From positions 11,773 to 75,772 of IMG/VR virus record IMGVR_UViG_2700988850_000001: 64,000 bases of DNA. One strand, written 5' to 3'. Made by a program: the position numbers and the translations under genes. Of this stretch, positions 1 through 9,100 are shown piece by piece. How positions within the stretch are numbered: the first letter of the stretch is position 1; every line of letters begins with the position of its first letter. The notes below the pieces were generated by a model. The model saw only the letters and a list, made by a program, of their open reading frames with translations, did no database searches and had not been told where the DNA came from. The stretch is from a virus (Duplodnaviria; Caudoviricetes).

Positions 1-1
1 A

Positions 2-466
2 CTGTGGAAGAACGTTACGGGGGATACCCCCACGTTCGGCAAGAACAACTTCCTTCGCTCCACCCAGCCGGGTACCTACACCACGAACTCGCGCACCATC
101 GCGAAGGACTCTTTCCCGACTGAGACGTGGGGCGAGAGCACTGACCAGAAGATTCTTCAGCCCGGCGAAGTCCTGGCGAAGATCACCTCCGGTCCGGACG
201 CTGGCAAGTACGGCGTGTTCTCGATGGACACTACGGGCGTGACTGATGGTCGTTCGAACCCGGACAACATCGTCGGCATCAACAAGAGCTTCTACCCGTA
301 CCAGCTCATGGACCGGGACGTGGAAGTTGCGAACGTTTACTACGGCATTGTCTACCAGCCGTGGTGCACCGTTCGCGATGCTGCCGGTAAGCGCATCCCC
401 ATGCCCAACTCGATCGCTGACGCCTTCGGCGCGCGCCGCGATCTCAATATCACCTTCCAGTCTTAA
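2..466 (+). CDS. Head decoration protein (lambda gpD-like), 5'-truncated by window edge
   Basis: Frame of ORF 215..466 is open back to base 2 (LWKNVTGDTP...KILQPGEVLAKITSGPDAGKYGV). The PGEVLAKITSG..GKY pattern and the position directly before the major capsid gene fit a decoration protein. Confidence 0.65.
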   Translation: MWKNVTGDTPTFGKNNFLRSTQPGTYTTNSRTIAKDSFPTETWGESTDQKILQPGEVLAKITSGPDAGKYGVFSMDTTGVTDGRSNPDNIVGINKSFYPYQLMDRDVEVANVYYGIVYQPWCTVRDAAGKRIPMPNSIADAFGARRDLNITFQS

Positions 467-478
467 GGAGCACCAGAC

Positions 479-1708
479 GTGGACCACTACGGACCTTCCG
501 GCATTGCAGCCGCGCTGGGTGGCATGAATGGTGCTGCTCAGTTCGGGATGCAGCCCGGTGTGCAGAACTTCGCACAAGCTTACCCCCTCGATCGACTGAT
601 CCGCAAGGAGGTGTCTCTCGGTTCCATCCGCGAGATTGGTCCTCCCGAGGATCACATCGGCCTGAAGTACTTCCCGTTCCATGCGGTTCAGACCGACGAC
701 TTCATCTTCAACTACCTGAAGGGCGACAGCCAGGGTGGCCTTGCCCCGGCTCGCGCTCAGGATGCCGAGTCGGAGCTGGCACAGAAGGATCTGTTCCTTT
801 CCGGTTCGGGTCGCGGTGCGGTCATTGACTGGGCGATCAAGGATCACTACGACGCCACGGACATTCTGACTTACCGTCAGCTCGAGGCGGTCAAGGCTCA
901 GATTCAGGAAGGCGCTCCGCTGCCGACCCTCCTGGCTGGCACCGCTGCTGCCGAGTTCCCGAACATCCTTGCTCGCGACGCCGATCGTCGGATGCGCTTC
1001 TTGCACAACCGAATCGAGCACATGATCTGGACCTCGGTGATCGAGAACCAGTACAGCTACAACGACGGCAAGGTCAACTTCGTTCAGCCGTGGGGTCGTC
1101 CTGCGGATCAGACGAACCAGGCTCCCGAGTCGGGTCCTTACACGGGTACCACGCACAACCCGATCAAGGACTGGCTGCACGTCGATGAGTTCATGTACGA
1201 GCGCCACGGCGTCAACATCAAGCGTGCGATCATGTCGCGCAAGATGGCGAACCGTATGGTGAACTCGGAGTACTTCACCGCTCGCGCAGGTCTGATCACT
1301 CAGCCGGGTTCCACTCCGGTTGACCTGAACTACCTTCTCGACGGCTGGGGTCCGCAGGCTGCACTTAACGCAGTCACGGGTGCGACTGGCATCTCTGTTG
1401 AGATTAACGATTCGGTTTACCGGACTCGTCCTCTCGGAAGCACGGTCCACACCAACCAGCGCTTCATCCCGGAAGATGTTATCGTCTTCCTCCCGGATGA
1501 GTCGCAGATCGCTCAGTACGATTCGTCGCCGCTGGGTCTCGGCAAGGTCGTCACCTCTCCGCACGCGGAGGGCAACTTCCAGCCCGGCTTCTACGAGTGG
1601 GAGCAGAACACGGTTGACCCCTGGGGTACCAGCCGTGGTACGGGAATCAAGGCGTTCCCGATCTTCCCGCACATGGAGCTGACCTACACCATGAAGGTCG
1701 AGCTGTAG
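479..1708 (+). CDS. Major capsid protein (lambda gpE-like family)
   Basis: 409 aa, AAGGAG RBS, highly biased codons, C-terminal RFIPEDVIVFLP..LG..VTSP..E pattern of gpE-like capsids, position after decoration gene. Confidence 0.8.
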   Translation: MDHYGPSGIAAALGGMNGAAQFGMQPGVQNFAQAYPLDRLIRKEVSLGSIREIGPPEDHIGLKYFPFHAVQTDDFIFNYLKGDSQGGLAPARAQDAESELAQKDLFLSGSGRGAVIDWAIKDHYDATDILTYRQLEAVKAQIQEGAPLPTLLAGTAAAEFPNILARDADRRMRFLHNRIEHMIWTSVIENQYSYNDGKVNFVQPWGRPADQTNQAPESGPYTGTTHNPIKDWLHVDEFMYERHGVNIKRAIMSRKMANRMVNSEYFTARAGLITQPGSTPVDLNYLLDGWGPQAALNAVTGATGISVEINDSVYRTRPLGSTVHTNQRFIPEDVIVFLPDESQIAQYDSSPLGLGKVVTSPHAEGNFQPGFYEWEQNTVDPWGTSRGTGIKAFPIFPHMELTYTMKVEL

Positions 1709-1716
1709 GAGGAAGC

Positions 1717-1884
1717 ATGGCAAAGGTGAATCCGTCTGGCACTGTCACTCTTGTGACTGGTGTCGGCCACGGTACATCGAAGGGCAACGGGACTGGTAAC
1801 CCGAAGCGATCCGCTCCACTCGCTATCACTGGCGGTGGCACCGGAACGCTGAAGGTCATCCCGAAGCGAGACAAGCCGGTATAG
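1717..1884 (+). CDS. Small Gly/Thr-rich hypothetical virion protein (55 aa)
   Basis: AGGAGG RBS then MAKVNPSGTVTLVTGVGHG...KRDKPV*. Translated by hand; below the ORF-track cutoff. Confidence 0.6.
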   Translation: MAKVNPSGTVTLVTGVGHGTSKGNGTGNPKRSAPLAITGGGTGTLKVIPKRDKPV

Positions 1885-1893
1885 CATTACCGG

Positions 1894-1925
1894 AAGCCGG
1901 GGCAGGAAAATCCTGCCCCGGCTTT
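1894..1925 (+). terminator. Intrinsic terminator-like hairpin after capsid genes
   Basis: aagccggggcagga-aaa-tcctgccccggctt, 14-bp stem. Confidence 0.65.
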
Positions 1926-1944
1926 GCCACTACCAGGAGGAACA

Positions 1945-2229
1945 ATGGCAGAGAGCAACGATCAGGAAGTCGCGTACCTGAACGCGGACCCGATTTACAC
2001 CGACTACTCGAACGACGTTGACAAGCCCATCAACGTGACCGCTGAGGTGAAGGACTGGAACCTGCCGCTTCAGTACGCCAACGGCGAGGTGCCTGCCGAG
2101 CTTCAGGAGTCCGAGGAATCGGACGAGCAGGAGAAGAAGGACGAGCAGGACAAGGGTGACGACAAGCCGAAGGCTGCTCCGGCACCGTCTCCCGCTGCTG
2201 CTCCGAAGCCTGCGGCTTCCGACAAGTAA
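1945..2229 (+). CDS. Acidic hypothetical virion-associated protein
   Basis: AGGAGG RBS before ATG 1945 (MAESNDQ...); acidic and Pro/Ala-rich C-terminus. Confidence 0.65.
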   Translation: MAESNDQEVAYLNADPIYTDYSNDVDKPINVTAEVKDWNLPLQYANGEVPAELQESEESDEQEKKDEQDKGDDKPKAAPAPSPAAAPKPAASDK

Positions 2230-2238
2230 GGAATCATC

Positions 2239-2748
2239 ATGGCGCTAAGGGATGGATACTGCGAACCGGCTGATCTGCTTCTGTCTGGACAGAAGATGAT
2301 TGCCGGTACCCCGGAGCAGTACATCGCCATGGCGTCTGATGAGATTGACGCCTTCATCGGACACCTTTACCGGACTCCGATAATGGTCAATGTTCTTGAC
2401 GCCGAGAAGCGTCAGGACTCGTTGGTCTTGAAGGGCGTCTGCTCGCAGCTCGCCACCGGACGATACCTTACGGGTGCGTCGTCCGGTGGCGAGCAGTCGC
2501 GCACACACGCTTACGGCGAGTACCTTCTTCGGTTCGCGTACAACCGCCTCAAGCAGATCGCATCAGGCGCGATCGAACTCACGTCAGCCGAGAAGATTCC
2601 TCAGATGGAGGAGGACAAGACGCTGCGTGGTCCGATCATCATGCAGAAGCATGAGGTCAGCCTTGTCGATGGGTACTACGACACGTTCAACCCTGAGGGC
2701 TTTATTTCGCCGAGACAACCCTCTGACCTTGACTGGATGGGATTCTAA
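2239..2748 (+). CDS. Head-to-tail adaptor (Mu gp36/DUF1320-like)
   Basis: YCEPADL..ASDEIDAFIGHLYRTP..LKQIASG pattern; synteny after capsid. Confidence 0.65.
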   Translation: MALRDGYCEPADLLLSGQKMIAGTPEQYIAMASDEIDAFIGHLYRTPIMVNVLDAEKRQDSLVLKGVCSQLATGRYLTGASSGGEQSRTHAYGEYLLRFAYNRLKQIASGAIELTSAEKIPQMEEDKTLRGPIIMQKHEVSLVDGYYDTFNPEGFISPRQPSDLDWMGF

Positions 2749-3239
2749 TGCTCGCCCTGGTTGCCGACTATGCCGGTGGCTGGGCGCTGCGCGACCTTGA
2801 GAAGATCGACGCGGGGCTGAGTCCGGCTGGCATCGCCCCGTTTCTCAAGGCACTTGTCAATCAGTTCCAGTCGTCCGCGAGGGACCGCTTCGCGACAGAG
2901 GGTGCGGACGTTGGCGGATGGGAAGAGCTGAAGGAGTCTACGCTCAGAATACGTGAGGAGCTTGGATTCCCGCCTGGCCCAATCAATGAGCGGACCGGGC
3001 GACTTAAGCAGTACGTCGTGGAGAACCAAGGCGAGGTGCTTTATGATGGAATCGGTACCCAGCTTCAATGGCCCTCACCCGCACCAGGTGGAGGTACAGA
3101 CCTTGCCTACTCGTACGGGACCGCGCAAGCCGGTAGCAATCATTGGAGAACTCCCGCCCGTCCTGTCGTCGCACTCACCTTCGATGACATGGTGGCAATC
3201 AATCTTGCTCTCGGAAGATTCGTCGGAGGTATTCTGTAA
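2748..3239 (+). CDS. Virion morphogenesis / tail completion protein (Mu gpG-like)
   Basis: RF.TEG...W..LK.ST...R...TGRL..YGTAQ.G..PARP pattern; TAATG coupling. Confidence 0.6.
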   Translation: MLALVADYAGGWALRDLEKIDAGLSPAGIAPFLKALVNQFQSSARDRFATEGADVGGWEELKESTLRIREELGFPPGPINERTGRLKQYVVENQGEVLYDGIGTQLQWPSPAPGGGTDLAYSYGTAQAGSNHWRTPARPVVALTFDDMVAINLALGRFVGGIL

Positions 3240-3748
3240 TGGCAATCGAGGGGAACGAAGTCATGTTCCCGAACAACGTGGTCAATGTGACTGCGGCTCG
3301 AATCGAAGACACCTTTGACCTTGACGGTTACGTTGTTCGCAGGCCGCTGACGACACTTGATCCCGATGAGTCTATCGGCGTAGTGGCAGCGACATGGGTG
3401 CCGACCGGAAAGCCTGAGATGGGTCAGCGCGAAAATCCCTTCGAGAACTTTTCGCAGGGGTACAGCGTAATGATTCAGGCTTTGATTGTAGACGGCGACG
3501 AAGAGCGTGCCATTGCCAGGCACTCAATTCTCTCAACCCGTGTGCGTCGTATGCTTTACAGAGACCCGGTGCTTCTGGGAACATTCCTGGATAGAGATGC
3601 TGGGTTGAAGGTAATTGCAGATGGGGTGACCGAGACCATCTCCAAGCTGGAAGTAAGGTCTCAGAGGTTCCTCGTTCACAAGGAAGAGGGAAGCTCTCGT
3701 TACCTGAGCATCCTTGAGTTTTACTTCGAGACCCAAATCCAACTATAA
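3239..3748 (+). CDS. Probable tail terminator / head-tail joining protein
   Basis: 169 aa, TAATG-coupled, located just before tail tube gene. Confidence 0.5.
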   Translation: MAIEGNEVMFPNNVVNVTAARIEDTFDLDGYVVRRPLTTLDPDESIGVVAATWVPTGKPEMGQRENPFENFSQGYSVMIQALIVDGDEERAIARHSILSTRVRRMLYRDPVLLGTFLDRDAGLKVIADGVTETISKLEVRSQRFLVHKEEGSSRYLSILEFYFETQIQL

Positions 3749-3759
3749 CAAGGAGAGCA

Positions 3760-4101
3760 ATGTCCGACGACCTGACAAAGCTTGACGATCGCATCGCCAA
3801 GCTTCGCGAAGAGCTTCAGGAAAAGAAGGACGCTCGGGCGAACGCCGAGAGCGAAGCCTTCGAACGGCACCTGCGTGACGAGAAGCTGAACGAGATCAAG
3901 AAGCTCGAAGCAGCGATCGCAAATGAGGATGCAATTGCTGCCCTCGTTTCGCGAGCCGGTGCCAAGCAGGAAGAGCCTGAGCCTGTCTCGCAGAAGGAGC
4001 AGGAGGAAGTCAAGACTCCTGTCGCCAATGCCCAGGCGATCAGCGCACTGGCTGCCCGAGCGTCCCAGACTCCCGAGCAGAAGAACGAAGAGGAGAACTA
4101 A
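3760..4101 (+). CDS. Hypothetical coiled-coil protein
   Basis: AAGGAG RBS, 113 aa, charged helical sequence. Confidence 0.6.
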   Translation: MSDDLTKLDDRIAKLREELQEKKDARANAESEAFERHLRDEKLNEIKKLEAAIANEDAIAALVSRAGAKQEEPEPVSQKEQEEVKTPVANAQAISALAARASQTPEQKNEEEN

Positions 4102-4104
4102 GAA

Positions 4105-5121
4105 ATGGGTTACTCGTCCCTCGGTGGCGTAACCATTTTCCGTACCCAGACGGCCAAGGGTGTTACGGCTGCGGACATTGATACCGAAGGTATGGCTGTC
4201 CGACTTCTGTCCGGAGCAATGGCAGGCAACCGCGAGCTTCTTATCCCCGACCCTGAGATGGGCGGAAACCGAGATGTGAGCGACGGACTCGGCGGACCGA
4301 TTTCTTACGGTACCGACTACGAGTTCAACCTCCGGTTCAACTTCATCGCGACCTTCCTGAAGGCTGCGCTGGGTAGTGCGGTGACCGCTGGTACCGCAGC
4401 CGAAGGTTTCACTCACACCTTCACCCCGACCGACACGTCCGAGCTTCCGTACCTGACGATCTTCGAGCGCATCTCCGATGGTCTCGATTACAGCATGTAC
4501 ACGGACTGTGTTGTCAACACCTTCCATCTCGAAACCGATCCCGGTTCGTACCTTACGGGTACCGTCGGCATCATCGGTCGCGAGCAGGTCGCTGGTGTCC
4601 CGGACATTCCGACCACGGGACTTTACGACAACACCACGATGACCGTGGGCACCAACGTTCTCGTCAAGTACAATGGTACGGACGTTGCTGCGAAGTCGTT
4701 CAGCATTGATATCAACAACAACTTCGAGGACGACGACTTCCGTCTCGGCTCCTTCTTCCTGAAGGACCTGACCCCGAAGCGTCGCGAAGTTACCATGTCG
4801 ATGAACCTTCGTCACGAGAACAAGGACAAGATGCGCCAGGCGCTTCTCGGTTCTCCCACGGCTACCACGCCTCAGGGTATCACGACGAAGTTCGGACTGT
4901 CGGTCGAGATCACCACTTACGAGAACATTCCGGGGACCACTCCCCCGAAGCGGTACTCGTTGACGCTCACGATTCCGCAGTGTATCTTCGAACCTGCGGC
5001 ATTCGAGCCGTCCGGTGATGATGTTCTGGAAACCGAGTTCTCCGTGCGCGCTGTCCGCCCGAACCCGGCAACTCCCATCCTCACCGCAGTCCTTGTCAAT
5101 GGCAAGGAAGAGATTGCGTAG
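4105..5121 (+). CDS. Major tail tube protein
   Basis: 338 aa Thr/Gly-rich beta protein with THTFTP..LPYLT and FSIDINNN motifs typical of phage tube proteins; precedes chaperone and tape measure. Confidence 0.75.
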   Translation: MGYSSLGGVTIFRTQTAKGVTAADIDTEGMAVRLLSGAMAGNRELLIPDPEMGGNRDVSDGLGGPISYGTDYEFNLRFNFIATFLKAALGSAVTAGTAAEGFTHTFTPTDTSELPYLTIFERISDGLDYSMYTDCVVNTFHLETDPGSYLTGTVGIIGREQVAGVPDIPTTGLYDNTTMTVGTNVLVKYNGTDVAAKSFSIDINNNFEDDDFRLGSFFLKDLTPKRREVTMSMNLRHENKDKMRQALLGSPTATTPQGITTKFGLSVEITTYENIPGTTPPKRYSLTLTIPQCIFEPAAFEPSGDDVLETEFSVRAVRPNPATPILTAVLVNGKEEIA

Positions 5122-5209
5122 TCATTACGCAATCTGAGTGGGGGCAAGGAGGAGAGGCCTTGCCCCCACTCAACACCTCTCTATTTTAACGGACCTAGAA
5201 AGGGCCACA

Positions 5210-5776
5210 ATGACTACCACGCAGGATATCTCTTCTTTCGACGGCGATCCCCACGTCGAGGCAACCCACCAGAACATGGTGGACGCTGGCGTAAGGGTCG
5301 AGACGCCGCAGATCGTTGACTACTGGTCGTTCTCCACGACCGAGCGGTTCATGCTTCCCGATGGTGTTCAGTACATCGAGTTCAAGAAGATGACCGAGGC
5401 GGACAAGACGGAGTTCCAGGCCAAGACGAACCGCGACATTCGCGTTCAGTCCACGACCAAGGATATCAAGCTCCGCATGGACCCCGGTCTCGAGCGTCGA
5501 GTTCTTCTGGATATCTGCGTCACCGGCTGGCTGTTCTACCGCCCGTCCACTCGTCCGCAGGACAACGGCGCACTTGTTCAGATCGGCTGGGACAAGCGCC
5601 TCTGGGCTGAGTGGCTGACCAAGGCTGACCCCGAGATTGTTCAGAATCTCGAGAAGGCTATCCGCGATGCGAACCCGTGGATGCGCCAGCAGGCTACCCC
5701 GGAAGAGATCAAGGCTGAGATCGCCAGCCTGCAAGAGCAGCTCGAAGAGGCGGAGCTTCTCGAACTGGAAAAATAA
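5210..5776 (+). CDS. Tail assembly chaperone (gpG-like)
   Basis: ORF between tail tube and tape measure, ending at the slippery sequence G GAA AAA TAA. Confidence 0.75.
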   Translation: MTTTQDISSFDGDPHVEATHQNMVDAGVRVETPQIVDYWSFSTTERFMLPDGVQYIEFKKMTEADKTEFQAKTNRDIRVQSTTKDIKLRMDPGLERRVLLDICVTGWLFYRPSTRPQDNGALVQIGWDKRLWAEWLTKADPEIVQNLEKAIRDANPWMRQQATPEEIKAEIASLQEQLEEAELLELEK

Positions 5777-6048
5777 CCTTCCGCGAGCAGGCTTCGCAGT
5801 ACGCTCGCGGTGAGAAGATCGAGAACACGCACCCCATCATCAAGCTGTTTCACCGCTGCAAACTCTACAAGACACTCCCCTGGGCAGGTGGTCTCATGGA
5901 CCAGGACCCGATGATCTTGGACATGTTCGATGTCATCAATGGGGAGATTGCTCGAGAGGAAAATGCGCGACAAGAGAAGCAGCGCAAGGAGATGGAGCGC
6001 AAAAAAGGTTCCGGCAAGAGCCTCGCCGGACGCCGGAACCGCAGGTAG
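5767..6048 (+). CDS. Tail assembly chaperone -1 frameshift extension (gpGT-like)
   Basis: -1 frame from GGAAAAA (5767-5773) is open to TAG 6046-6048 and reads KITFREQASQYARGEK...LPWAGGLMDQDP..., with the LP.AGG..DQ motif typical of these extensions. Confidence 0.75.
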   Translation, partial: GKITFREQASQYARGEKIENTHPIIKLFHRCKLYKTLPWAGGLMDQDPMILDMFDVINGEIAREENARQEKQRKEMERKKGSGKSLAGRRNRR

Positions 6049-6092
6049 GAACAGGAGCTATGCTTTACAGCATAGCTCCTGTTCCTTTATTC
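6047..6092 (+). terminator. Strong hairpin with T-rich tail upstream of tape measure
   Basis: ggaacaggagctatgct-ttac-agcatagctcctgttcc followed by tttattctt. Confidence 0.55.
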
Positions 6093-6128
6093 TTCGCAAG
6101 TTAGATCAACTGACTCGAAAGGTCTAGA

Positions 6129-9100
6129 GTGGATACTCTCGGTAGTGAGTACAACATCCTTATTCGCGTGATTGCCAAGCAGGCTCGCGCTGAGGTTGCT
6201 GCCCTCCGTGCTGAGATTGCCGCACTGACTAAGGCTGGCGCAGGTTCCAATGCCGCTGCCGCTGCCGGACTTGGACCGGCTGGCACTGCGGCAATGAAGC
6301 AGTCGGCAGCGGCGACTACCGCTGCAACCGCTGGAACCTTGGCTTACACCAATCAGGTGAAGGCTGCGTCGGCTGCAAGTGGTGCATGGGCAGTCAAGGT
6401 GCAGGCGGCAAACAGTGCAGTTCTTCGGGCGCACGCTGCACTCGCCAATGCAACGGACGCGCTCCGTGTCGCGGAGCTTCGTCGCAAGGCAGTGCTCGCG
6501 AACCCGAAGGCGTCTGAGCTTCAGATCGCAGCGGCAGAGACTTCTCTCGCCACTGCGCGTCGTCGTGTCACTGTTGCCACTGACGCAGTTGCAACAGCGG
6601 AAGGTCGGCGCACCGCAGTCCTTAACGCTTCGAGTGCAGCGGCAGCGAAGGCTGCGGCTGCGGAAGCTGGTCTCGCAAGTACCAACACGCTGAACCGCAT
6701 GCGCGCCCTGGGTGCCGCGACTACCTGGTCCGGCAAGCAGATCAGCATGTTCTTCACCCTACCCCTGGCTGCGGCTGGTGCCGCTGCCTTCAAGTGGCAG
6801 ATGGACAACGAGAAGGCTGCCACCCATCTGGCTAAGGTCTACGACGGACTCGCGTCCGACATTGACTCGAACCTGGACATGGATGGTGTGCAGTTCAACG
6901 GCTCGAGCCTGGACAAGTTCTTCACTGCGCTGTCGGAGAAGATGGGCCAGGCAAAGAGTGACGTCATTGAGATTGGCGCTATCTGGGCACAGGTTGGCGT
7001 CAAGGGTAGCCAACTTGCAGCGGCAACCAGGCTCACCACTGAGGCGATGGTTCTCGGTGACATGGATGCCACCCAGGCTACTGACGCCTTGGTTGCTATC
7101 CAGGCGCAGTACCGACTTGCATTCGGCGACTTCGAGAAGGAAGCGAAGGCCGTACAGGATGCAGTGGCGAACAACATGCCGATCCCAGAGTTCCAGACTC
7201 TGACCTCGGTTCTTGCGCAGCTTAACATCATCGAGAACCAGACCGGTGCCTCGATGCAGGACCTTGTTATCGCGTTCTCCAAGACGGCAGCTAACGCTCG
7301 CCAGGCTGGCATTGACGCCAAAACTCTTGGCGCTCACATTGCAGCCCTGGTTCCGTCGATGGGTTCTGCGGCAAACGCGGGTACCGCACTCAAGTCGATC
7401 TACGCTCACATCTTCCGTGCGCCTGAGATTGAAAAGTCTGCTGCGGCAATGGAGTACCTGGCTACGAACGCTGGCCTCACGGCTGATGCGTTCATGTCGG
7501 CGGACTTCAAGGGCAAGGGTCTCGGCGTTGGTCTCGAGCAAATGGCTGATGCCTACGCCAAGCTGAACGGTGCGCAGAAGCTTGACTTTGCGCAGAAGGT
7601 CTTTGGCATCCACCAGTACGGTCGAGCCATGCAGCTTCTTGATGATATCTCGCTGCGAGCTGGCGCACCTGACGGTGGACTTGCTGGGATTGTAGATCGG
7701 TTCAATGATCTCGATGAGGCTGGCAAGCGTGCACTGATCATCGAGAAGTTCTCCGACGCGACGGTTACCGCTCGCGCCGGGTTCGATGCGCTTAGTGAGT
7801 CCGAGCAGCGTGCCGCTATTCAGACCGGCATGACTGCCGATGAAATCGCGGACCACATGCGGAAGCTTGAGAAGGCTACCAGCGAGGGGGCTGAAGGTCT
7901 CAGCTACTACAGCAAGGCGCTCGAGGGCGCGACCGACCAGAAGAAGACTTACGATACGTACTTCAAGGAGCTTAAGACTGTCCTTGAATCCAATCCGCAG
8001 AAGTTCAAGCAGATTGGCGTAATCCTTCAGAACGCAATGACCGAGGCGATCATCCCGATCATCCCGGCATTGCTCTGGATTGCAAAGAGCGTAGCCAAGG
8101 TCGCTGTCGCCTTTGGTAACCTCAGCCCGGAAATCCAGAAGATCATCATGCTCTTCCTTCTGGCTATCGCGGCTGTTGGCCCACTGGCTACAGTGTTCGG
8201 TTCCTTTATTCTTATGGGTTCCGTGCTGGGCCGAGTGTTCGGTTCGCTCAGCAAGATGGTTAAGTTCCTCGGGTTCCACTTCCTGGGACTTGGGGATGGT
8301 GCAAAGGCTGGCGCTGAGGGCGTCGCGAAGAACACCAGCTTCATTAAGAAGCTCCTTCGTGGCCTGACCTTCTGGCGTGCGACCGATGCAACAAAGAACC
8401 AGACTATTGATGCTGCCGCTGAAGCTTCGCGTACTGCCACCGCGCAGTCTGGAGCAAGTGCTCGAGTCGGTATCGGGCAGTGGGAACAAGCTGCCCGTGC
8501 AGCAGCAGCCGGTGGTGGTACTGCTGCGGAAGCTGTGAACCAGGCTACTCAAACCCAGGTGCAGAAGGCTGGCATAACGAAGCGAGTCAAGGACTCGTGG
8601 GGAGAGATGGTCAAGCGCGCTGAGTCCACCATGGCTGGCGCATCCTGGCGTACTCGTGCCGAGATCGCAGAGCAGCAGCGCCGCGCTCAGGTGATCGCCA
8701 CTTCTCCCACCGTCGCGGCTGAGGCCACGATGCAGGGCAAGCGCACAGCTATCGCGAAGTCCTACTCGGACGTTATGACGAAGCTTGAGACAAGTCGTAA
8801 CGCTCGTCGTGCGGCAGCAACGGTTGCAAGTTCTACCGTTGTCGATGCTGCCGATGTTTCGGTCGAGGCCAAGCGTAACGTTATCGCCGCTAAGTACGCC
8901 GCACTCTCGGGCAAGCTCGAGCATGCGCGTAATGCACGGCGTGCCGCCTCCGCTGCCGCCAGCTCTGTCGCACTTGATGCTGCGGATATTACCACCGAGA
9001 CTCGGCGTGCGATGATCGCAACTCGGTACGCAACCTTGATGGGCAAGCTCGAGGCTTCTCGAAACGCTCGTCGGGCCGCTGCCGTTGCGGCAAGCTCAAC

